A stretch of DNA of 63,500 bases, filler included. It is 3 parts of 3 records of this genome, joined end to end, with 100 filler letters (N's around TTAATTAATTAA, not from the genome) between each part and the next. Parts side by side here need not be neighbours in the genome. Positions count along the whole stretch, not along the records: positions 1 to 31,273 come from SRR31156797_1359; 2 more parts are not named here. The stretch is one strand, 5' to 3'. The stretch's first letter is position 1; each line of letters opens with the position of its first letter. Below, piece by piece: positions 19,523 through 27,914 of the stretch. Below the pieces are notes generated by a model, which did not search any database, was not told where the DNA came from, and saw only the letters and a list, made by a program, of their open reading frames with translations. The position numbers were made by a program, and so were the translations under genes.

Positions 19523-20197
19523 TTAGAAGGTCCATTTTGCAGCCAGAGTAGGATTTACCATGGTACCTTTGTTTCCACCAAAATTGTTGCTTATCTCCAC
19601 TTCTCCACCAAAAGAAAGATTGGTGTTAATATTATACCATATCTGTGGTTCCGTTAAAAATACAAAGTCAGTTGTTTCCAATCCGAAAACATTTTCTTCT
19701 TTCCAGAAATCAGCAAAACCGGTTAGCGAAAGTTTTTTATTGAAAAAATGTAAACTCCAAACTCCAGTAATCTGAAATCCGTTGTCTTTATCCTGGATAG
19801 TTTTGTAGTTAGCCTGTAAGGTAAATATTTTCGAAAAGTCAGCTGTGTTCCAGGTGTATTGTGCACCAAACAACCAGGCATCGTTTATAGGAAAGCCTAA
19901 TACAGTTCCGTTATTAAATTCTACACGAGGTTCAAATTTTTGATCTTCCTTCCATTTAAAGCTTCTGGCAATTTCCCAATATGCCAGAGATACGCCATTT
20001 TCAACGCCTCTTTTGTCAGATTGATAATCAAAATCTACAAAAAAGAATGTGCTACCCCATTTGTCAGGTTTAAACATTTCTAAAGTAGTGGTAACCATCT
20101 GTCGATCTTTTCCAAAATCGTAATGTACCTGAAGGTTTTGGGAACTTAATAGTTGGATTGTAATGGCAAAGACGAAGAAAAATAATAACTTTTTCAT
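19523..20197 (-). CDS. DUF5020 family outer-membrane protein (Tsx-like nucleoside channel)
   Basis: QNLQVHYDFG, TTTLEMFKPDKWGSTFFFVDFD, EPQIWYN and a terminal KWTF. Confidence 0.82.
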   Translation of the reverse strand: MKKLLFFFVFAITIQLLSSQNLQVHYDFGKDRQMVTTTLEMFKPDKWGSTFFFVDFDYQSDKRGVENGVSLAYWEIARSFKWKEDQKFEPRVEFNNGTVLGFPINDAWLFGAQYTWNTADFSKIFTLQANYKTIQDKDNGFQITGVWSLHFFNKKLSLTGFADFWKEENVFGLETTDFVFLTEPQIWYNINTNLSFGGEVEISNNFGGNKGTMVNPTLAAKWTF

Positions 20198-20459
20198 TGA
20201 CGTTTTTTTTAATCAAATTTCATTCAGTAACTAAAAGAATGTGAATTCAATAATAAATTAATAAGTGTTTTTGTCTTGATATTTAGATGGTACAAAAGTA
20301 TATTAATTTGAATAGCTTTCTAAAATTAGAGTAGTAAAATACTTGTTTTGTCCCATATCTGATATATTTTAAAATGGTCTGATGTTTGTAAAACCATGCT
20401 TCAAAATTCAAAATAGCAAAATGTTTGCCCGAAACAATTTTTTCTATCTTTGCCGCACG

Positions 20460-22508
20460 ATGAGTAAAAAATGGACATATGTAGTTTTTTTTCTGATGAT
20501 AAGCCTTGTCTCTATGGCACAAAGAGGCATGGATCGAGATCAACAGAAAGAGGAAAAAGTTAAAAAAGAATACGTAAAACCTGAAGATCGCTTTGGTTCA
20601 TGGCGCTTGCTGGATGATTTTACTTTGGTTGATTCTATTCCAATTGATACGATTACAGCAGGTTTTCAGAATTACAATCCTATTTTTAAGAAGAGCTATT
20701 CCAATATTTACCTTGGGAATATTGGTTCAGCTTATATGTCTAATTTAATGTCGGATAAAGGTGATTTTAATGAATTTATATTCTTAAATAATCTTCGCGA
20801 ATATTTTACCCAGCCACAGGATCTTAAGTTTTATGACAGTAAAGTTCCCTATACTAATCTGACTTATATTTATTCTCAACCGAAAAGATTATCAGAAGAG
20901 AACATTTCGGTGTTCTTTACACAAAATGTAAATCGAAAACTAAATATTGGTTTTAATTACCATTTACTTTCATCCATTGGATTGTATCGGGCACAGTTGG
21001 TGGATAACAGGAACTTCAACTTTTTTATGAGTTACAGAGGTGATAAATATAGTATGCATGGTGCAGTACTTTATAATAAGGCCGCTCATAAAGAAAATGG
21101 AGGTATCGAAAACGATAGTATTGAATATATCACAGATCCTAAAAAATACGAATTTGATAAGGCAGAAGATATAAGGGTTAAATATGCTAATGCTACTAAT
21201 TTTGTGGAGAACTACCAGTTTTTTATACATCAGTCATTGGGTATAGGTAAAATTAATATGCATGGTAGGGATACTTTAGTGAGTCCTGTTGATAGTCTTG
21301 GTTTTATGGAGTTGGAAGAATTGGAATTGCCTGTTAGTACGGTTTACCATACATTTCATTTGAGTACCTATAAAAGAGCTTATAAAATCAGTGGACTTTC
21401 TGATTATTTCTCATCTGATGGTGGACAGCTATTGCCTTTATATGAAAATATATATGCTGATTCAGTAGCAACAGCTGACACATCGCGTTATGCGAGTTTC
21501 AAGAATACCTTTCAAATTAAATTTAATGAAGAAGCCAATTCATTATTAAAGTTTGGATTAAGAGCTTATCTGGTTAATGATATTAAGCACTATAAATACC
21601 AAGAAGAACCTACTATATTTTATGATTCAGATGATACGCAAAGACCTTATTATAGAGGAGGAGATACAACATTAGTTACTACTTATATTGGAGGCCAGAT
21701 TTTTAAGAATATAGGTGAAAATTTCTGGTGGAATCTAGGAGGTAAATTGTTTGTTCAGGGTTATAGAGTAGGAGATCTAGAAGTTGAAGGTAATGTGAAT
21801 ACCTTATACAAAGTGTTAAAGGATACTGCAGGAGTTTATGGTAAAGGAAAAATTAGCTTAAGATCTCCTGAATTATTTCAAGAACGATATTATTCCAATC
21901 ATTTTAAATGGGACAGGTCGCTAAAACAACAAAAATCAGTGGATATTGAATTTGGATTAAATATTCCAACCCGCGATTTAAAGTTGTCTTTTGAATCACA
22001 ATCCATTACCGACTATCTCTATTGGAATTATGATGCGGAGCCAGATCAGTCTTCTGAACTAATCAATGCATTCCAGATTTCTTTATTCAAACATTTTAAG
22101 TTCGGGCCATTACATAGTAATAACCAGTTGGCTTACCAGTATACTTCTAATGAAAGATTATTTCCATTACCTGACTTTACAGGAAAATCATCCAATTATT
22201 TTGATTTTTATCTAGCAAAGAGAGTACTTAATGTACAAATAGGTTTTGACGTAAGGTATCATACAGCCTACTATACGCCTGCTTATATGCCTGCTACAGG
22301 ACAATTCTATCTTCAAGATATACAAAAAGTGGGAAACTATCCTTTTATGGATGCCTTTATGAATTTACAATTAAAACGTGCACGTATTTTCCTGAAGTTT
22401 GATCATTTTAATCAAAGTTTTATGGATAATAATTATTTCCTAACGAGAGGTTATCCTCATAACCCAACACGTTTTATTTGGGGTATTTCGTGGAATTTCT
22501 ATGATTAA
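20460..22508 (+). CDS. Putative porin (Bacteroidota)
   Basis: Signal peptide, YLGNIGSA, FTQNVN, ENGGI and a C-terminal GISWNFYD. TATCTTTG at 20445 favours the ATG at 20460. Confidence 0.82.
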   Translation: MSKKWTYVVFFLMISLVSMAQRGMDRDQQKEEKVKKEYVKPEDRFGSWRLLDDFTLVDSIPIDTITAGFQNYNPIFKKSYSNIYLGNIGSAYMSNLMSDKGDFNEFIFLNNLREYFTQPQDLKFYDSKVPYTNLTYIYSQPKRLSEENISVFFTQNVNRKLNIGFNYHLLSSIGLYRAQLVDNRNFNFFMSYRGDKYSMHGAVLYNKAAHKENGGIENDSIEYITDPKKYEFDKAEDIRVKYANATNFVENYQFFIHQSLGIGKINMHGRDTLVSPVDSLGFMELEELELPVSTVYHTFHLSTYKRAYKISGLSDYFSSDGGQLLPLYENIYADSVATADTSRYASFKNTFQIKFNEEANSLLKFGLRAYLVNDIKHYKYQEEPTIFYDSDDTQRPYYRGGDTTLVTTYIGGQIFKNIGENFWWNLGGKLFVQGYRVGDLEVEGNVNTLYKVLKDTAGVYGKGKISLRSPELFQERYYSNHFKWDRSLKQQKSVDIEFGLNIPTRDLKLSFESQSITDYLYWNYDAEPDQSSELINAFQISLFKHFKFGPLHSNNQLAYQYTSNERLFPLPDFTGKSSNYFDFYLAKRVLNVQIGFDVRYHTAYYTPAYMPATGQFYLQDIQKVGNYPFMDAFMNLQLKRARIFLKFDHFNQSFMDNNYFLTRGYPHNPTRFIWGISWNFYD

Positions 22509-22601
22509 TAATTCATCAGAATATATTTTCACTCATCAAATCATTTTTGTCAAGCACAATATTTGATATATATTTGAACCGGAATTACTAAGGTGTTGTA
22601 T

Positions 22602-24023
22602 ATGAGAATTATTGTATTGTTCAGTGTGTTGTTGATGCTATTGTTAGGCGCGTGTAATAACCATAAACCACAGAAGCAGGAAGTAACATCAGAATCAGAA
22701 ATTGCATTTGATCTGAATGATATTAAGCAGAGGGGAAAGCTTAAAGTTGTTACGGATTATAACTCTACAAATTACTTTATTTATAAAGGTCGCCCAATGG
22801 GATACCAGTTGGAGTTACTTGAAGAGTTTTGTAATAATTTAGGTATTAAGTTAGAGGTGCAGGTAAGTAATGATGTGGAGCAAAACATTGTAAACCTTAA
22901 GTCAGGTAAATTTGATTTAATTGCTCAAAATCTAACAGTAACCAGAAAAAGAAGTGAAGAAATTCAGTTTACTGAACCACATACATTCTCTCGTCAGGTA
23001 TTGGTACAACAAAGCAACGATAAAGAAGACTCCTCTAATAAAACACGTTTTAACGATCTTATCCGAAATCAATTAGATTTAGCAGGAAAAACCATTTATG
23101 TGCAGAAGGGATCTTCATACGTTACTCGCCTAAGACATTTGTCAGACGAGATTGGTGATGAAATTAATATTGTGGAGATCCCCGATTATGAAGCTGAACA
23201 GTTGATTGGTTTGGTGGCTGAAGGTGAAATTTCTTATACGATTTGTGATGAAAATTTAGCCAGGGTAAATAAAAACTACTACGAGAATATTGATATTGAA
23301 ACAGCCATTAGTTTTCCGCAAAAAATTGCCTGGGGAGTACGTAAATCTTCTCCTGATTTATTACATGTTGTAAATAATTGGTTGGTGAGATTTAAGAAAA
23401 CAACCAAATACCATGTGATATATAATAAGTACTTTTTAAATAGAAGATCTACGCATATTGTGGATGCCGGATTTAATTCCTTAAAAGGAGGTTTATTTTC
23501 TAAGTTTGATGATATAATTAAGCGAGAGAGTAAGACTATAGATTGGGACTGGCGTTTAATTGCGGCTTTAATATATCAGGAATCTCGTTTTTTACCGGAG
23601 ATTAAGAGTTGGGCAGGTGCGCAGGGCTTAATGCAGTTAATGCCTGAGACAGCAAAGAAGTTTGGTGTAAATAATATTACTTCTCCGGAGGAAAACATCA
23701 GAGGAGGTATTAAATTTCTTAAATGGTTAGATAAGCGTTTAGCCTTGCGAATTGATGATCCTGAAGAAAGAATGAAGTTTATTTTGGCTTCTTATAATGT
23801 AGGATTAGGTCACGTATTAGATGCTATGCGATTGGCTGAAAAGAATGGTAAAAATCCGAAGATTTGGGAAGGTAATGTTGATTTCTATCTTTTAAATAAA
23901 TCAAAACCGGTTTACTTTAACGATCCGGTGGTTCAGTTTGGATATTGTAGAGGAGAAGAACCTTACTTATACGTTATAGAGATACTTGATCGTTATGAGC
24001 ATTATAAGAATCTGATGGAATAA
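22602..24023 (+). CDS. mltF: MltF-like lytic transglycosylase (SBP family 3 plus SLT domain), lipoprotein
   Basis: IKQRGKLKV (SBP). SLT motifs YQESRF, GAQGLMQLMP.TA and ASYNVG.GH. Confidence 0.85.
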   Translation: MRIIVLFSVLLMLLLGACNNHKPQKQEVTSESEIAFDLNDIKQRGKLKVVTDYNSTNYFIYKGRPMGYQLELLEEFCNNLGIKLEVQVSNDVEQNIVNLKSGKFDLIAQNLTVTRKRSEEIQFTEPHTFSRQVLVQQSNDKEDSSNKTRFNDLIRNQLDLAGKTIYVQKGSSYVTRLRHLSDEIGDEINIVEIPDYEAEQLIGLVAEGEISYTICDENLARVNKNYYENIDIETAISFPQKIAWGVRKSSPDLLHVVNNWLVRFKKTTKYHVIYNKYFLNRRSTHIVDAGFNSLKGGLFSKFDDIIKRESKTIDWDWRLIAALIYQESRFLPEIKSWAGAQGLMQLMPETAKKFGVNNITSPEENIRGGIKFLKWLDKRLALRIDDPEERMKFILASYNVGLGHVLDAMRLAEKNGKNPKIWEGNVDFYLLNKSKPVYFNDPVVQFGYCRGEEPYLYVIEILDRYEHYKNLME

Positions 24024-24648
24024 TATTAAGTTCATTAATTATTTCCTTAAGTTCACTAATAATCATGGCAGTAGCTCCCCATATTTGGTGTCCTTGAATA
24101 TTAAAATAAGGAGCCTTGATTGTATGTCCGTTAATTTCTTTTATAAAAGTATCAACGTTATTGGGAGAAAGCAATTGGTTTAGAGGAGCTTCAATAATTT
24201 GGGCTACCTCATAATTGTCCGGAAAAAAATCAGGACAGAAAGGTAGGTAAGCTACAAAAGGATTTACATTAAAGTTGCTATTGGGTATATAAGTGGTGGT
24301 TAACTGACCAAGAATTTCCATACGATCGGAGCTCACTCCAATCTCTTCATAAGTTTCTCTTAAGGCTGTTTCTAAAATAGATTTGTCGCGAGGTTCTACT
24401 TTTCCTCCGGGTAAACTAATTTGACCGCTGTGCGCACCATTATAAAGAGGACGTTCAATAAATGGGATATACAATTGTTTGTTTTTAGTATACAATAATA
24501 CTAAGACACTACTTTCTCTGGCCGTATTCTTATCAGGAAAAAACTTACCGGTAAAGCGTTTGTTAGGCGACATGATTTGATGTGCATCAATGCCAGGTAA
24601 TTGACCCCTTAGTTTTTTTTGCAATTGTATAATTAGATTATTGATCAT
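23974..24648 (-). CDS. Nudix CoA pyrophosphatase
   Basis: HSGQISLPGG...ALRETYEEIG Nudix box and IWGATA. Confidence 0.9.
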   Translation of the reverse strand: MINNLIIQLQKKLRGQLPGIDAHQIMSPNKRFTGKFFPDKNTARESSVLVLLYTKNKQLYIPFIERPLYNGAHSGQISLPGGKVEPRDKSILETALRETYEEIGVSSDRMEILGQLTTTYIPNSNFNVNPFVAYLPFCPDFFPDNYEVAQIIEAPLNQLLSPNNVDTFIKEINGHTIKAPYFNIQGHQIWGATAMIISELKEIINELNIIPSDSYNAHNDQVSL

Positions 24649-24760
24649 ATACTGTTGTTAATACAATGTGCAATTAAGATAGTAAATTAAAAAGGAATAT
24701 TAAGGATGGGTTAAGACTTTTATAAGAAAGATAGTTGAAATTCTAAGAGAAAATAAAAAC

Positions 24761-24792
24761 AAAAAAAATGCTGGACGTTTCCAGCATTTTTT
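24761..24792 (-). terminator. Rho-independent terminator
   Basis: Minus strand reads AAAAAATGCTGGA-AACG-TCCAGCATTTTTTTT. Confidence 0.8.
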
Positions 24793-24835
24793 CTCATTGT
24801 CTTGTCTTTAATTTAAACCTTTTGTATAAATACAT
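24761..24835 (-). ncRNA. Candidate sigma54-dependent small RNA (~75 nt)
   Basis: Lies between a -24/-12 element (24860-24845) and a strong terminator. No plausible ORF. Ends are inferred. Confidence 0.4.
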
Positions 24836-24844
24836 ATATGGTAT

Positions 24845-25018
24845 ATTAAAAATTGTGCCACAAAATTTTCAGGACGTGTAAAATTTTTAGATTAATTATT
24901 AAGGTGTTGATTAGTAGAATGATGTTAGTGTATTTTTATTTTCTGTTTTTAAAATGAGTAGTTATTCAGAAAATACAGAAATGTACGTATTCGTTCACAT
25001 GGTGTTCGTAGAAGTACA
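24845..25018 (-). promoter_or_regulatory. Sigma54-type promoter architecture: -24/-12 element, IHF site and paired UAS
   Basis: TGGCAC-AATTT-TTAAT (minus, 24860-24845). AATCAACACCTTA matches WATCAANNNNTTR (minus, 24912-24900). TGTACGTATTCGTTCA (24982-24997) and TGTTCGTAGAAGTACA (25003-25018) start 21 bp apart. Confidence 0.5.
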
Positions 25019-25048
25019 GATAAGTAACTTGTAAGAAAAGGATGTTAC

Positions 25049-26293
25049 TTAATCAAATCGTATGGCTTCCACTGGGGTAATTTTGGTAGCTAAATACGAT
25101 GGTGCAATCATCATTAAATAGGAAGCGAAAATGGTTCCTATATTTAAATATAGCAGATGTAAGAAATTTAAATGAATAGGAACAGTGCTTAAATAATAGT
25201 CTTTAGGATCGAGCTGAATAATTCCAAAGTGCGATTGAATCAGACATAAAGCGATACCAATAATATTTCCGATAATAACTCCTTTGGTAATGATAAAAGT
25301 GGCCAGATAAATAAACACCTTTCGAATGTTGTGATTTTGTTTTCCGAGTGCTTTTAATATGCCAATCATGGCTGTTCTTTCCAGAATAATAATTAACAAA
25401 CCGGAAATCATGTTGAAGCCGGCAACCAGAACAATTAGTACCAGAATGATAGCCACATTTGTGTCTAATAAATTAAGCCAGCCAAATATTTGAGGCTGCA
25501 GCTGAATGATGGTTGTGGTTCGTAACAAACCTCCATCTGGTGAAATACGTGATGCGGCAATAAAATCAATTTGTTTAGCCAACTCCGGCGTATCGTCAAA
25601 ATCGTTAAGAGTTATTTCGTAGCCCGAAATTTGATCATCTTCCCAGTTGTTTAGTTTTATAATATGCCTGATGTCACCGAAGATAAAGAGTTTGTCAAAT
25701 TCTGGTAAGTTAGAATCATAAACGGCTGATATTTTAAAGTTGCGTGCCCTCACACGATCCTGGAAAAAGTACATAGGTACTTTGTCTCCTATGTTAAGTT
25801 TTAGCAGTTTCGATAATGTACTGGAAATGATGATGTCATTGGAGGTTTTATTTTGCGTTACATCTGGTTTAGTACCGTCAACAATGATCTTGTCAAAATA
25901 ATCCCAGTTAAAATCTTTACCAATTCCTTTAATAATAACTCCCTGAATATGGTCGCTGGTTTTAAGAAGACCCGGTTTGGTTGCAAATTCCTGAACCATT
26001 TTGACATCTTCCAGATTCTTAATTTGCTCAACAAAGATCGAGTCTCGCTTTATGGGGTTTGTTTCGTATGAGGAGTTATAATCGTAATTAATAACCTGAA
26101 CATGTGCACCAAAACCAATAATTTTATTCCTGATTTCTCTTTTAAATCCGGTACCGATAGCCATGCTCAGAATCATAACCGAAATACCCAATACTATACC
26201 AATGGTTGCTACAGTAATAATAGGACCGGATAGTTTTTGGCCTGTAATTTCTCCCTTACGTATTTTATTGGCTATGTATAAATTTAAATTCAA
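25049..26293 (-). CDS. LolC/LolE-family ABC permease (MacB/FtsX fold)
   Basis: IA..I, GF.REIR.KI.GF..H, VAGFNMISGLLIIILERT.MIGILKALG and P.EAIRFD. TTG start. Confidence 0.88.
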   Translation of the reverse strand: MNLNLYIANKIRKGEITGQKLSGPIITVATIGIVLGISVMILSMAIGTGFKREIRNKIIGFGAHVQVINYDYNSSYETNPIKRDSIFVEQIKNLEDVKMVQEFATKPGLLKTSDHIQGVIIKGIGKDFNWDYFDKIIVDGTKPDVTQNKTSNDIIISSTLSKLLKLNIGDKVPMYFFQDRVRARNFKISAVYDSNLPEFDKLFIFGDIRHIIKLNNWEDDQISGYEITLNDFDDTPELAKQIDFIAASRISPDGGLLRTTTIIQLQPQIFGWLNLLDTNVAIILVLIVLVAGFNMISGLLIIILERTAMIGILKALGKQNHNIRKVFIYLATFIITKGVIIGNIIGIALCLIQSHFGIIQLDPKDYYLSTVPIHLNFLHLLYLNIGTIFASYLMMIAPSYLATKITPVEAIRFD

Positions 26294-26472
26294 AGCAGGT
26301 GTACTCTTTATTAGTTTGCCGTAAATATAATCATATTATTATTCTAAGTGGCATGAATAAAATATGTGCTCACTATAGCAGTGCGACAGGAATGAGCATA
26401 AAAAAACTGACTCATTGAAAATTAAGAATTGTGAGCCAGTTTTTGTAAATTATTTTATTTGCTACTTGAGCA

Positions 26473-27672
26473 TTACTTCTTTCTACCCGGATATACTTCG
26501 AGGGCTTTTTCGATGACAACTAAAGCTTTTTTCAGGTCATCGGAATTTAATACATAAGCGATACGAACTTCATCTTTACCCAAATAGCGGCTAAAATAAA
26601 AGCCAGACCCCGGTGCCATCATTACCGTTTGTCCTTCGTATTCAAATTCTCTTAGAATCCATTGGCAGAAGTCATCGGAATCCTCAACCGGTAATTTAGC
26701 CATGGTGTAAAAGGCTCCTTTAGGAACCAAAGATTTTACTCCCGGAATCTTATTTAATCCTTCTACCAGTACATTTCTTCTTTCCAGGTATTCTTTATAT
26801 ACCGTTTCAGTGTACTCAGGAGCTGCATCGAGCGAAGCACAAGCTGCAATCTGTCCTAAAAGTGGCGGACTTAAACGTGCCTGAGCAAACTTCATGGCCG
26901 ATTCAATGACTTGTTTGTTACGGCTCACTAAAGTTCCAATACGAATACCACACTCGCTGTATCGTTTACTAACCGAGTCGATTAAAACCACATTTTCTTC
27001 TAATCCTTCCAGATTTAATGCTGAAATATGGTTGTATTCATCATAACAGAATTCACGATATACTTCATCAGAAAGCAAGAATAAGTCGTTTTGTAAAACG
27101 ATTTCTCTTAATCGATCCAATTCAGCTTGTGAATACAAATAGCCGGTTGGATTATTCGGATTACAGATGAAAATACCTTTTGTTTTGGATGTAATTAATT
27201 TCTCAAACTCTTCCATCGGCGGTAAGCCAAATCCATCTTCAAACCTTGAAGATATTGGTTTGATGTTAATTCCGGTAGCAGAACCAAAACTGCTATAGTT
27301 AGCATAAAAAGGTTCTGGAATAATAATTTCGTCACCTGGATTAAAACAGCAAAAGAAGGCAAAAATAAATGCTTCCGAACCTCCGGTTGTTACCATTATT
27401 TCTTCTTTGTCTACCTCAATATCAAATCGCTTATAATATTGCGTTAGCTTTTGCCTGAATTCAGGTAATCCCGCCGAGTGGCTATATTCCAGTATCTTAC
27501 GATCGATATTACGTACCGCATCAATCGCTTCTTGTGGGGTGTGTATATCAGGTTGTCCAATATTTAAATGATACACAGTAGTACCCTTAGCTTTTGCAGC
27601 ATCAGCAAGTGGAACTAGTTTTCGAATAGGTGATGGGGGCATATCATTACCCCGCTTTGAAATAGATGGCAT
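26473..27672 (-). CDS. PLP-dependent aminotransferase class I/II (aspartate aminotransferase-like)
   Basis: SPIRKL, LNIGQPD, NPNNPTG, SDEVYREF and DSVSKRYSECGIRIG. Confidence 0.93.
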   Translation of the reverse strand: MPSISKRGNDMPPSPIRKLVPLADAAKAKGTTVYHLNIGQPDIHTPQEAIDAVRNIDRKILEYSHSAGLPEFRQKLTQYYKRFDIEVDKEEIMVTTGGSEAFIFAFFCCFNPGDEIIIPEPFYANYSSFGSATGINIKPISSRFEDGFGLPPMEEFEKLITSKTKGIFICNPNNPTGYLYSQAELDRLREIVLQNDLFLLSDEVYREFCYDEYNHISALNLEGLEENVVLIDSVSKRYSECGIRIGTLVSRNKQVIESAMKFAQARLSPPLLGQIAACASLDAAPEYTETVYKEYLERRNVLVEGLNKIPGVKSLVPKGAFYTMAKLPVEDSDDFCQWILREFEYEGQTVMMAPGSGFYFSRYLGKDEVRIAYVLNSDDLKKALVVIEKALEVYPGRKK

Positions 27673-27914
27673 ATGATTAATAATTTTTTATAGCTCGCAA
27701 AAATACCTAAAACCTGTCATTTATCAGATTTTTTGGTAATATTTTTATTTTTCAAATGCTTACCTTAATATTGTGTTAAATGAAATGAGGATGCAAGGGG
27801 GATTAATGACACTCAATTATATTCGTACTATTCATTTTAAATGATTGAATCTATAACTATTATATACTTATATGTGTTGTTATAAGTATAACCTGGAACT
27901 AAATAATATTGGTA

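Noticed and set aside
23974-24023. 50-bp convergent overlap of mltF-like and Nudix genes
   Set aside because: Short 3' overlaps are common, and nothing suggests a function.
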